A stretch of 64,000 nucleotides of DNA from Psammoneis japonica (Eukaryota), in the NCBI GenBank assembly GCA_008632985.1, contig QPGO01000080.1, forward strand, positions 1-64,000, given 5' to 3'. Shown here in pieces: positions 52,296 to 64,000 of the stretch. Each line of letters begins with the position of its first letter. Positions within the stretch are counted from its first letter, which is position 1. The notes under the pieces were generated by a model, which did not search any database, had not been told where the DNA came from, and worked only from the letters and a program-made list of their open reading frames with translations. The translations under genes were made by a program, and so were the position numbers.

Positions 52296-53024
52296 CATTG
52301 TGTTGTCAGCAACCACTCATGTGTGGAGCACGGTCACCATCAAATTGCCATCATGGTTGTTGGCAGTGATTTTGTTGCCCAACAGAAACCACCACACAGC
52401 AGCACCACAAAACTGAACAAATGCTGCCATGACAGCCAAGAATTGGGTGCAAGACAAGAGAGAGTGTTGAACAGCAGCACATTGACAGGTTCTAGAGCTG
52501 TGAGAGATTTTGTGCTGCTGGGGCCACCAATTGAGTGACAGTGGACCAATTGCTGACAGCAAACAACTGCCCACATCCACAACATTGTGTTGTCAGCAAC
52601 CACTCATGTGTGAAGCACGGTCACCATCAAATTGCCGTCATGGTTGTTGACAGCAATTTTGTCACCCAGTGGAAACTGCCACACAGCAGCACCACAAAAC
52701 TTGACAATTGCTGCCATGACAGCCAAGAATTGGGTGCAAGACAAGACAGAGTGTTGGACAGCATCAACAGGTTCTAGAGCTGTGAGAGATTGTGCTGTTG
52801 GGGGGGCACCAATTGAGCAACAAAGTGGGCCAATCGCTGACAGCAAATGACTGCCCACATCTGTGACATTGTGTTGTCAGCAGCCACTTGTGTGTGGAGC
52901 ATGGTCACCATCAAATTGCTGCCCATGGTTGTCAGCTGTGATTTTGTCACCCAATGGAAACTGCCGCACAGCAGCACGCCACAAAACCACTGAACAAATG
53001 CTGCCATGACAGCCAAGAATTGGG
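52296..53024 (+). repeat. ~285-bp tandem repeat, about 2.5 copies
   Basis: Units start cattgtgttgtcagcaRccact at 52296, 52583 and 52867. Confidence 0.93.
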
Positions 53025-53249
53025 AACATTGTCCATCTTCCAGGTCAACCCACATGGTGGCAGCCATGCAAACAGGTGCATCTTGCAAGGGTTCATGCTT
53101 GTCAGAGTGTGGGTGTGTGACTGCAGTGCCCAATCAGCGCTGGAGAACACAACAAAAAATTGGAAGCCATCACAGCACAAGCATCAGCGTGCAAGTCCAA
53201 GTTGTGTGTCATGCGCGCTGCAGCATCGGACTTGCGACTTGCGAGCCGA

Positions 53250-54438
53250 TGCTAAAAAGTGATGGACATCTTTTGGGAATCACCTGGATGACAGGTGCAG
53301 AACAAGACGATTCTAGACCATTCAGTGCTGGCACAACTGTTCACTCCTCCAATCACAGTTTAGAATCACAGCAGGAGAATCAGCAGGAGAATCAGCAGTC
53401 AAGGATGGGTTTGCCCCTGCGAAGAGCCAGTCACCGACAAATGTCATCACCAGGACAAACTGACAAGGTGGCTCATGTGATTCGATCACGTTTCATGCAG
53501 TTTCAACCAAATCTGTCAACTCTGGGAGAGGCACGACTTCGGTTGTTTGAAACATTTTGCTTGCCGACCATTCAATCACAAACCAACCTCAACTTCATCT
53601 GGCCAATCTTCACAGACCCGTCCCTCCACGAGAATCTCAAGTGGTCACTCCTGAGACTCTTGAGAGCTTTGAGCCAAAACACATTTTTAATTGCAAGCAA
53701 CAAATTTCCCAACAACTTTTGAACAACAAAGCACCTCATTTCAACAGACACAGAAATTTGGCACGGAAACACCACGCTCCTGCAACAATGCCCCAAGCAC
53801 AATCCAGATTCTTGCACCTGCTGGAGACGTGTCTGGATGCCGACGATGGCTTGTTGATTGATTTTGCTGATGATCTAAGCATCAAGCGAGTGTCTTGTTG
53901 AAGAAAAGGGAAGGGGATTTTTCTTGGAAGGCTTGGTGTGTCCCACAGCATCTCAAATGGCATGTGGAAAACAATGGCCGCCTCACAGTGTCGAGTGATT
54001 CTTGCATGTCGACGGGTCTCACGTGGGGACATGGAACTGCCACAGCACCCAAACGTCGACCCACAAGCAATCATGCCAGAACAAAGTAGACATTTCAAGA
54101 TGCAAGGATGCCAACGACAACAATTGTTGGGATTTTGTCAAGGCCACCGCGATTCGTGCTCGCACCTTCACGTCGGCTGGCATGAATGGATTGGGGTGCA
54201 CAACAACCTTGATGCTCAACAAACTAATCAACAGAATGATCTGCTCGACAACTTTGGCATTGATCCATCAAAAGCATTGGCCACTGGAAAGTGTCTAAAG
54301 GCTCACAATCAAAAGGCAATTCTTGAGGATGCTCTGGTTGGTCAATGCACTCCCGCTGGCAGAACTTGCAAGAAAAGCAGTTTGGCAATGCTGAACAATT
54401 TGCCAGAGCAAACTGCCAATGCTTCAAAGCCATGTTGA
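53250..54438 (+). pseudogene. Putative rhamnosyltransferase-like glycosyltransferase pseudogene
   Basis: SRFMQFQPNL...ARLRLFETFCLPTIQSQT...WPIFTDP and ETCLDADDGL motifs; stops and frameshifts; TpA-depleted. Confidence 0.65.
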
Positions 54439-55387
54439 CGATGACTGCATGGCGAAACAACTTCTTTTGTCTGCTCAGTGTCTCAGGAAGTTTGATTTTG
54501 TCTGCACATGTTGCTTGGGTTTCCATGATGACGAAGAAGGAGAAGTGCGGCGGTTGCTTTCTCAAGGCTGTTTCTGACAAAATCGCCGATTGCAATCCGA
54601 AATGCCTTTTTTTTTGCTTTCATGTTGCAGTTCTCCATGAGCATTGATCTCAACTTGAATTGTTCGATGTCGAGTGCTTTGCCTCACGCTCTCATCACAA
54701 GCAGTGCAAGTGCCTTGTCGTGCATCAATGTCTGCATTGCGGTTCTCTAGAGTCATCTGTCAGAGTTGTTGCAGGTCTTGTGAACAAGGCAATTCAAGTC
54801 GGTGGCCTTGAAGATCATCAGCCCTTTTTCCCTGGTCACTCTGCTGCAAGTGCGGTTGGAGTTCCAGGTGGACTGTGTTCAGGCGCGGATTTCATCATGC
54901 TTCCCCGGATGCCCTACAACGGCATCTGCATGGTTTTGTGGTGGGCTTGAAGAAATCCTGTGCAAAGGATGTCCTCCAAGCAAGGCAGGCAGGAAATTGG
55001 CTCACATGGCACTGTGCAGATTGGGGGTGGCAAACATGACCAGCTTTCTGCAAGTTCTTGTGGCTGCACTGATGGCATCAAGTCCTCTTGTTTCCTCATT
55101 TGTGTTCGACAAAACAACTGTGCTGTGTTCCATTCATCTCCCATGCCAACTTTTTTCTTCCACTGGCATTTGTTCTCAGGTGGATGCAGACGACATTCCG
55201 TTGGTGGTGATCTCTGCCAGCAAGCTCTGTTGAGTTGCTGAGACTAAATTTGAAGCATTTTTTGAAGCTTTGAAGTCAGACAAGTCAAATGAAGGAAAGA
55301 GCCAGATCACAGAAACTCTGTGCTTCAACCACGCTCACTGGTTGATCCACCAGATGTGGAAGATGATCATCTGTTTGTCTCCAAGAT

Positions 55388-56113
55388 TTGATCCTGTGTC
55401 AGCTGTCAAAGGAAGTGTTTTCCCTCATGTCATTTGAGGTTGCCGAATCGATGGTCATTCCATTGGCCAAAAAGGCCAAAACAACGGAGATGATGCAGTT
55501 TGACACTCTGGCATGCAACTGCCTTGCCCATTTAGATGCCACCAAGAAGTTGGCACTTGGTGAAATGGTCCTTGCTGCTGAGAACCAAGGGCAGCATTGC
55601 ACTGTTGTGGATGAAATGACCTTGCCATTGGGTGTCACCGTAGAGGCAGAGGTCCTGGATGCCAGTCACCAGAAGGAAATGCTTGTTGCGACTGAAACAC
55701 ATGCAGATGGAGTTTGTGGATTGCCGACCGAACACGAAGCTTCTGTGTTCCACAGTTCGGTCCGGTCGGTGTCACTCTTGCTTGGCGATTTGGTTCCATT
55801 CAAAAATCTCATGGCTCTTGAAGGGGCAGGGCATTGCAATGCTGCGCTTCATCAGACCAACAAGGACTGGTCGTGTCGATTGGTTCAATGCAAAAAAAGG
55901 ATTTGGCATCATCAAGCCCGACGACCGATCCGAAACCATTTTTGTTTGTGGTGGCAATGTGATGGACGGGTCTTAGTTGAAAAAGGCAGACATGGTGTGA
56001 GGCAGGCTTCTGTCGTTCAGCTTGCTTCGTCACTCACAACCCAACCAAGCACGCAAAGTAGCCTTCAACTGGCGAACATGAGCAACCCTGAGTGTCTTCA
56101 TCTGGGAACCTGA
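55388..56113 (+). pseudogene. Decayed gene with C-terminal cold-shock domain
   Basis: ~55864-55960 translates TGRVDWFNAKKGFGIIKPDDRSETIFV (cold-shock RNP1/RNP2-like); frameshifted relative to the upstream ORF; TpA-depleted. Confidence 0.65.
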
Positions 56114-56459
56114 ATCGCCACAAAATCGAAAATCTTAGTCGGAGTTTAATGACAATGGATTTAGGGCCCTAGAGGTTGCCCATGCCATTCTGCACGTTTT
56201 GCTCGTGCCCTAACAAAGCGAGAAAGCAGGTTCGTAGTACAGTACAAAGAAAGTAAAATAATCATTATCGTCTGCGATGTTGCTCTACAATTTATCGTGT
56301 GGTTGGAGTCTATCTGTCATCGCATCTCTCACCATTGCAAAAAGGTTGTAGTGTGATATGTTCTATGGGAATATGCAATGGTGGATACAATATGCAGTTG
56401 TTGTTTGTTTGCTGGTCATGGACAGTGTGCCATAGGCCAAAAGCAAAATCGGCAAAAAG

Positions 56460-57920
56460 TTACAACATCATGCCATCCCCATCCGTGTCGCTGTCACTCG
56501 ACAGTCGCGGCCTTTTGTTGTCCGTTGAGTTGGTGGTATCTTGTTGTTGATCAGTCGTTTGTTCTTCCTTCTTTTGCTCTTCTGCTTCAAGGTCTTGTTT
56601 GCTTGCGCTCCGTGGTAAAGCACCACCAAGGACAGCCACGGCAATCAACTCTTGACTCGCCAATTCTCGAACCGGACTCGTTTGTGGCGGTGCGGACGAC
56701 GCAGGCGGACGCTGTCTCAAAGTAAGATCGGTAAAGGTTCGTTTTCGGCGTTCCATTTGAGACTGGCGGCGCATATCCTGCTGCTGTTGCCGTTGGAGAG
56801 ACAATTGTCGTGCTCGGTTGCGTTCTTCAAGTTGAATCTGTAATTCGCGATAACGGGCTTGCAAAGCACGAAGTGTGTCCTCCACTTCTTGCTGGACACC
56901 CGAGGGGTCGGCCATGATACGTTCCGCATTGCGTTGCGCCGAAGGAGGCAGCGCGTCCAGAGGAGACGCGGACGGTCCTTGAGCAGCAGGAGGGGCAGGC
57001 TCAAAAGCAGCTTGTTCCTGAAGTAACATGGACTCTTCACGTGCAATCTTGGCAAAGTACTTTTGAGCGTGGGAGCGAATCTGTGCCGACGTTCTCGTGG
57101 GAATTTGTTCAGCCACCTTTTTCCATTCTCTACCATAAACCTTTAGACCAGCTAAGAATGCTTGATGCTCTTCGTGTGTCCAACGCCCCTGGGATTGACC
57201 CGGTTTCGGGGGGAGCGTTCGTTTCTTGCGAGCAGGCGACTTCGCCTCGTTTTCACTATTTTCGCTCGCGGAGTCGTCGTCGTCATCTTGTTCTTGATCT
57301 TCATTACTAACATGCATCTCAGTTGAAGAATTTTCGTTGATGTCTTGTTCTGCGCTTGTCGCTGATGGGAGCTCTTTCGGTTGATCATTTGACGCTGCTT
57401 CTGAAGCAGATAAACTCGTGCTCGGTTTACACATTGTTGTTTCAATCTCAGTCGATTCAGGTTCAGTTTCAGTAGTTGTTGATTTCGCACTCGATGGCTC
57501 AGTCACTTCAATAGTCGTCTCTGATGTGTTGTTGACTTGTTGGTTGAATTGAGAGGCTTCGATGGCAGGAGCTGGTGAAGTGGAAGAATCATTCAGTGAT
57601 GCGGTGGTTTCAACGTGGTCGTTTGAAACGTGAGTAAGCGAATCTGATCGGACATTCTTGGAGGCAGTACTGATCGCCGTAGAAATTGTACGGGGCGTGG
57701 AGTCGTGCGTTGTCGCCACCACCGCGTTCTCGCTGGTATTGGTCCTACGTGGGGTGGCTTCGTGCAGCGACGACCCGTGGTGAGGGAGCACTGCCATCAT
57801 GGTGTCGTCGGAAAACGGAGAATGCGTTGCTTGCTTTGGTGAATCAAGCACGGATTCTTCAGCAGCGAGTGTAGATGTAGTGTTTCCGTCGTGCGGTGGA
57901 TCGGGAGAGTCTCTTGTCAT
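56460..57920 (-). CDS. Single-repeat MYB transcription factor, SHAQKYF class
   Basis: Intact 486-aa ORF; GRWTHEEH...WKKVAEQIPTRTSAQIRSHAQKYF. Confidence 0.93.
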   Translation of the reverse strand: MTRDSPDPPHDGNTTSTLAAEESVLDSPKQATHSPFSDDTMMAVLPHHGSSLHEATPRRTNTSENAVVATTHDSTPRTISTAISTASKNVRSDSLTHVSNDHVETTASLNDSSTSPAPAIEASQFNQQVNNTSETTIEVTEPSSAKSTTTETEPESTEIETTMCKPSTSLSASEAASNDQPKELPSATSAEQDINENSSTEMHVSNEDQEQDDDDDSASENSENEAKSPARKKRTLPPKPGQSQGRWTHEEHQAFLAGLKVYGREWKKVAEQIPTRTSAQIRSHAQKYFAKIAREESMLLQEQAAFEPAPPAAQGPSASPLDALPPSAQRNAERIMADPSGVQQEVEDTLRALQARYRELQIQLEERNRARQLSLQRQQQQDMRRQSQMERRKRTFTDLTLRQRPPASSAPPQTSPVRELASQELIAVAVLGGALPRSASKQDLEAEEQKKEEQTTDQQQDTTNSTDNKRPRLSSDSDTDGDGMML

Positions 57921-59281
57921 GTAATCCTTTCCGGTCGCGGTTCGACATCAACGAAAAGGATCGCAAGTCGAAGTTGAGAACAATGGGAGGATCGCGAAGT
58001 TGACACCAATGCTCGGTAGCGTGAGACGTGCTTACGTACATGAGAGGAGTAGAAATACCGTATGGAAAACAGCGTGACAAGAGGTCACACTGAGAACTCT
58101 GTGACCACCGATTCTCACCTCGCAGAATTTCCCGCCTTCCAAAGAAACGACGTGCATCCATTGTCTATACATACCCGAAGTTGTCTATATCAAATTCTGA
58201 CTCGGACAAATAACGACGGATGACGTGAAATGACCGCGCTGTCAGCTGTTCTGGTGAGCGTGTCGATTGATTGGTGGAGCGCTCCGCCCGTGCGTCACCG
58301 ATGTCGAAACTGTATTTAACGGTTGACATTGATGCGTCACGATGACACACTGAACACCCCCTCAATCAACGCCGCACAGACAACAAGTGAAACTTTGCAT
58401 ACATGGATCGATGACGACACGCACACTCAAAAGTCACGGACAAAAACTCCAAACAGACAAGACGTAATCCATTCAATGTTGCTCTAATGAATGGATATCA
58501 AAGAATCGAACTAGTGTTGAGTGATACGTCATCAACAGATATGAATTTCAACGGTGTTCGCAAGCTGTGACATCCGGCAAGTACGTGGCGACCAAAGATC
58601 GTTCGTGAAATTTGCACATCCTCTTCTTCTTGTCACTTGTTGCACCGCGTTTCCCACGTTGTGTTGTGGATTGATTACGGTTGTGATCACTGATCGTTTG
58701 CTCTAAGGCCAGATCGCGCCCCCATCAGAAAAAGGGGAAAAGCTGCGATTGCGTTGCCGCCACAAGCAAACATCTCTGGCCAGCGTCACATCATTGTCGT
58801 TGCAGCCACTGAAAAAACAAATTGATTTCGGTACGTCGTGCGTGCGTTGTAAAATGAGCGCGAGTTGGTGGATACTACTTCTGTGCGTAGAATTCTACGT
58901 GTATCTTGTTTGGTATTCACTCTACTGGCGTTGTACGTGGAAAAACCCGGATGTTTACTGGTACTTGAAGAAAGTTGCTTCACGTGTGCAGATTTGATTG
59001 GGTGACACGACGAACACGAATCCGATCACTTTTTCTCTCACAGATTCGCAGCTTGTTGAAACAAGAACAACGTTCTGCCCGAGGCTTTTTTTCGCTGTTG
59101 ACACTGGATGTCTTACTCACTATCACTCTTTGATGCCTTCTTCCTTGCAACAGACACATTCATACAAAGAGTTCGTCAATTCTTGCGACACAGAGAAGAT
59201 CATCACAAGTCTCTGCTATTGTAACCATTTTGTGAGGAGCATTTCAAATATTATCTGTGTTTGACTTGACGCAACACACTC

Positions 59282-59689
59282 ATGCATACGCTATATCCAC
59301 TTTTGCAAGAAAAAGAGGAACTGACTCCGGGTGGTGATATTGACGACAACAATGTCCTATCAAAGGAGCTAAAGGAGAATTTCGAAACTATGCGAGCCAT
59401 GTTAAAGGCGCAGCCAGAGGACGAGAAAAAGGACGACAACGACGTGTCTAGCGGACGGAAGCGAAAGAGGGAGGAACATGCTGCCAAGACAGCCTTGGCG
59501 GTGGAATCGGAAATTTCGCGCCTCAAGGGCGGAATTGCCGAACTCGAGGCGCTTCTAGCTGAAACGGAGAGTGGCGAGGTGCCCGTTGTGGCCTTTCCGT
59601 CGTTACCTCCCATTGTCGTGCCGGATGATGACGATTCGCAGCAGGATGAAGAGCCGGAAATTAAATCGGGGGGTCTGGTGGAGGGGTGA
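59282..59689 (+). CDS. Hypothetical acidic/coiled-coil protein, possibly the last exon of a longer gene
   Basis: Protein-like 135-aa ORF with basic RKRKR motif; upstream exon not resolved. Confidence 0.5.
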   Translation: MHTLYPLLQEKEELTPGGDIDDNNVLSKELKENFETMRAMLKAQPEDEKKDDNDVSSGRKRKREEHAAKTALAVESEISRLKGGIAELEALLAETESGEVPVVAFPSLPPIVVPDDDDSQQDEEPEIKSGGLVEG

Positions 59690-60800
59690 TGATTCTTGTG
59701 TACCACTCAAAATGATCGTACATGCACCTTACTACACATTTTCGTTATATTGGGGATAGATAGCTTCGGGCATTCATTTTTAATTCCATCAACTGTCTAG
59801 CGAATACATATACCACGGTCTCTTTCGACCTTCTCTTGTTCCCTTTGATGTTACTTGGTTTTCGTGCATGGCTTGTAAATCTTAGATCGCGGGCCGGACC
59901 AAGGATCAATGGGTTCGCTGACCCGAGAGGGTGACTGATTGTGATTGTAGGATACAGAGTTCTGTGAGCAACCACTGGCAACCACACTTCTCATCAATCC
60001 TAGAACGATACCTGGAAACATTTTCCCACTCGACACGACATCTTCTACCAGAGCAAGAGGACACTCTTGCTCTGGTAGTATCCAATTCGAATCAACATTC
60101 TGCAATCGGTTCAGATGGTTGCAAGATCCACGAAAAGCGGAAACGAGCCGCAACATGGGCCATCCCGTCAACCACGCAAGACTGAAACAAAAATCGCACC
60201 CGTTTAAAAGGGTCTCTTCTGGAGTGCACGACATGTCTTGGCAAAACCAGAATGGCATTGAACACCATGGTCGTTTCCGGTCCAGAGTGCGTCGGGCCTT
60301 TTACACACTCAAAGGTCCCTTCGACTTGACTATTCCTTTTCCTATTGCACCACAAAGACACGCGAGTACACCTTGATTGTTAGAAACGCAGAGACAGAGG
60401 GTGGAGCGTCCTCGGCGAATCTTCAGTTCTCTTGACACTTCTTGATTGCTTCCATTCCTCCTTGATGCATGAGTGAGCTGGAACGCGGTTCCCTCGGGAA
60501 AAAGCGTGTTTCTGATAGTTCTGTCAAAGTTTTAGAGCCCGATGAAGTGGCACGCAAGAAGTTGTCTTTGCAGCATTTATTTGTGTTTCTTGGCGACTCA
60601 CGTGGCAGTTATCTCACACGAGATAAGATACCAAGAAAGCTCGGGTTTGCTTGCTGTACCGTTCAAATCACGACTCTTCTGTTCAACGTGCTAGTAGAAC
60701 CATCACTCTGATCGCTACCTGGTACCTGGTAGCGATTACAAGAGATCATGTTTGCCGAAAGAAGGACAAGCTGCTTTGTGTCTCGCCCAATTCCCAGCTA

Positions 60801-61795
60801 TTACTTCGACACACCTGCAAACACCGAGCCCAACCGACACAGCATCCCGGTGAAGAGCCCAACCGAAAAAAGGTTAAAAATCACCCACGCTCCAAAAACA
60901 CACGTTACACGGTTCAAGAGGGGATACTTTTCTCGCAGCAGCGACGCTTGCTCCAACCTCGATACAAGACGTCGATACGGAAAGAAAACCTTGATGGTGA
61001 CAATGGCACGTGCCGGAAGAAACGGGACGCCAAACACCATGTTGAGTGTCTCTTGAATCTGTAAGAATCTTGCCCAGTGGAACCGTGGCGACTGGCCCGT
61101 CACCATTGCCGTTCTGGTCCACGATGCCGCAGTGACCATGCCGGCCTGCATGTTGGAAACAAAGTTATACGCCAACACTGCAACAGCTGCAAGATAGATA
61201 CCGACAATCCAGGTTTCTCGTCGTTGAGCTTCCGTAAGAGTTTCGGTCCAAAACACATGCGAAAGGGCGACAACTTCGTGAATGCTGGCCTCTTTGGTCA
61301 CCAAGGCTAGTGTACGTTCTGCTCCCGACAAGGCATTTTCGACCGGTTTGGAAATGGACGAAATAGCACCCTTGGTTATGTCCTAAGAACAAAATTGAAA
61401 CGATACATATATTTAGTATCGCAGTGACGAAGCTCATGTGACTTTTCTCGAGTTTTTGCTCTGGCAGGTATACGTACTCCGAATTGATAATCGTCATCCA
61501 CCAGATGGGTCTTCTTGGCCAAATCTTCCACTACAGTCGTTGTAGTCGACACGGCTCCTCGAGTCAAATCACCAAATTTATAATCCGACTTTCCAGTGAC
61601 GCTGCGTACCATGGACTCGAATGCATTGGCTTCGTCTGAAGGATTCTTCTCGCTTTGGAGGTGCAAAAGACGACTTGTTGTTGTGGCCGCTTGACGAGGA
61701 ATTATCATCACGAAACTCGAACAACAACATGGAAAAAGACATGCAACCACCAGGAGGAGCATCATTCCAGAGCATGCGCTTGGTATCAATTTCAT
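60801..61795 (-). CDS. Hypothetical membrane protein with signal peptide and transit-like leader (probably plastid), 2 exons (61795-61478, 61382-60801)
   Basis: Leader ...CCSS-FVM (ASAF-like) followed by a Thr/Ser/Arg-rich stretch; repeated YxFGDxT motif; 95-bp GT-AG intron joins the two ORFs in frame; TM segments in exon 2. Confidence 0.78.
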
Positions 61796-62265
61796 GGTTG
61801 AACGCCGACTGGGCTCAAATAACTTCGAAATCAGCCCATCGTCCCATCCACGGTCCCGAGCGCCGAGCGGCAAACCGGTGACATCAGTGCTGTTTGTGCA
61901 ATTTGTCCAGCGATATTTTCTCTCCGGTGATACGGTAATTAACTCGGTACAGTAAAGCATATTTCGAAAATGTCTTATATCTCTATGTTCTCATATTATC
62001 CTCAATGTTTTCTTCAAGTAATAGGAAATGGTGAAATTTTTATTTGTCCTCGGGTCTGAAAGACATTATTACTGTACTTTTATTTATTTTTTTAGAGACA
62101 AAATATATTTCGAAAGGCGAAGCTCACGATTTGTACCTCCGCATTAGCGCTTCGCTTTGCGCCTCCCACACAATGCAATGTATTTGCTCGTTGTTCTCGT
62201 TTTGGACAGCCGGTCTGCATACCGATTGACCACATCATCTCTCAAAAAGTAAGAATCATCCCATC

Positions 62266-64000
62266 ATGACTCCGTGGCATCCGAGTAGCGGCAACAAGAA
62301 GGAGACGAAGTTGTTCAAGTTTTCCCATCATCATGTTGTCTCCATCGTATCGCACGCCATTGTGGCAGTTTGTATTCCCTTGTGGATCATCACTTGCTTT
62401 TTATGCGTACTTCGTACACCATCCGTCGTTGACACAAGAATAAATGTTGACTTCGTCCACAGTCCATCAAGAACCTTGGTCAGACGGGAAGCGACGTCTA
62501 TCTTTCAACAAAAGGATTCTGGTAGAAAACTCGGTACGGATGTGATAGATTCAGACGCCGTAGTTATGGTTGTCCCATTTAAGGACGAGAATGAGGCAGA
62601 GAGCCTGATGAATCACTTGACGAAACTACCAAAAAGTGAAAAGAAGAATCTCCATGTCATGTTTGTTCGTGAGGTGAATTCCACAACTCCATACCTCCGA
62701 TTTGCCAGGCTCATGAACATGGGGATCTCCCATGCCTCAAAAGTGTACAACCACAACAACTCGACGTGCATTGTGGCCCACGACGTGAATCTGCTACCAA
62801 ATTTGGCTACGATTCAATACGGCGATAGCTGTGAGGCGCCTACGCAGCTGTGCTATGAGCAGTCATGTTATGAGGACGGCCTACCATATCCAGAGTATGC
62901 AGGAGGAGTCGTGAGCGCCTCGAGGAAGGACTGGCTTCGAGTAAATGGATACACTGGATCTGCGTACGATTGGGGAGGTGAAGGAGATGACCTCTACTGG
63001 CGTTTCCGCCAAAACAATCTTCTGGACCTCACACACATTGGGGCCTCGAGTGAGTGGATGCTGAGGCAAAACGAAACGGGAAAGGGAAAGTGTGAGTGCT
63101 CTGCGAGCGCTCGCCGACCTTTTGGATCGCACTTGGATCATCACAAGATTGGGGATAGGATAAGGCGGATGTCTGTAAAGAAATCGGCAGAGTGGAAATC
63201 TGATGGACTTAACAGCCTCTCTTACGAGATTCAAACAACGGTTTCGCAGCGTCAGAATGGGATTCTATCCACCGTTTTGAACGTCGTTGAACCAGCACCT
63301 GTCGTTGATGACGGATTACAAGATCACAGAAATAACCCTGATGAAAAGCGCCAGTCTGTGGTTCTTCTTTTTGCCTATCGTGACAGAAAGGCACACTATG
63401 AACGGATGATGGAGCACATTCATCGATTGCGACAGAAAGTCCATAAGGAATTGGACTTGCATGTGTATGTCGTGGAGCAGAAGAACAGCGATCTGTTTCG
63501 AAAAGGCTGGTAAGTCCATGTAGTCTTTGTGGGTGATTCTACATTCTGGCAAGGCAGTCCATACTGTACTATTCCTTGCACGTGATTATAAAGCTCACTG
63601 CAGTATTTTTTAACGCTCTCGTGTCTCCCTATCAGGCTCCTAAATGTCGGATTTCACGAGATAGCCAAACGCTTCGATCCGAACACTACCTGCGTCGTAC
63701 AGCACGATATTGACCTTCTCCCCAATCTCGACACGGTTGACTACAGCCAGTGTGAGATTCCGACACAGATTTGCACCGAAATCCCTTGTCTTGGACGCAA
63801 ATTTCCATACCAGGGTTCTTGTGCTGGTGGTGTCGTCGCAGCTCGACTGGCTGATTGGCAACGCATCAATGGATATACTATTCAGGCATACGGCTGGGGC
63901 GCCGAGGACGATGACATTTATTTCCGCTTTCGAGCAAACTCTTTGCTTCCTGTTCCATCGAAACCAAAGAAATTCCCTCCCATGAAAAGACCTGAGGAGG
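62266..64000 (+). CDS. Beta-1,4-galactosyltransferase-like protein (GT7) with two tandem GT7 domains; runs off the window
   Basis: Domain 1: VPFKD, LMNMG, HDVNLLP, WGGEGDD. Intron 63510-63635. Domain 2: AYRDR, VVEQ, FRKGWLLNVGF, HDIDLLP, GWGAEDDD. Confidence 0.88.

Noticed and set aside
4000..56100. Hundreds of Cys/His-rich ORFs of 60-250 aa in all frames
   Set aside because: By-product of TAA/TAG loss and TG/CA excess; no domain motifs; they overlap on both strands.
1..56100. Classical fungal RIP
   Set aside because: RIP raises TpA and creates stops; the opposite is seen here.
1..64000. tRNA or rRNA genes
   Set aside because: No cloverleaf or rRNA-like conserved sequence recognised by eye; not excluded without a covariance-model search.

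Overview
Eukaryotic genomic DNA, most likely from a pennate diatom (CoDi-like Ty1/copia, Ambal-like LINE, short GT-AG introns, bipartite plastid-type leader). The window alternates between two kinds of sequence. Gene islands have ordinary composition (~12.9-14.4, ~32.8-41.5, ~47.0-48.7, ~56.2-64 kb) and encode an acyl-CoA thioesterase, Crinkler-like NTPase-nuclease, double vWA protein, GT47, GT92, SHAQKYF MYB, a plastid-type protein and a tandem GT7. Repeat blocks (~1-12.7, ~14.5-32.7, ~41.7-46.8, ~48.8-56.1 kb) hold a copia element, a full-length LINE with a 17-bp TSD, a gypsy remnant, MITEs, tandem repeats and dead host-gene copies. The main signal is that in every repeat block TpA has been almost erased, converted to TpG or CpA (A>G on both strands). 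Conserved Tyr becomes Cys or His even in catalytic motifs (YVDD>CVDD/HVDD). This is complete in young elements that still keep CpG, also hits host-gene copies, spares YTAR contexts and stops sharply at gene islands. It looks like a repeat-targeted hypermutation process running opposite to fungal RIP. All counts and alignments were made by eye; no database search was run.
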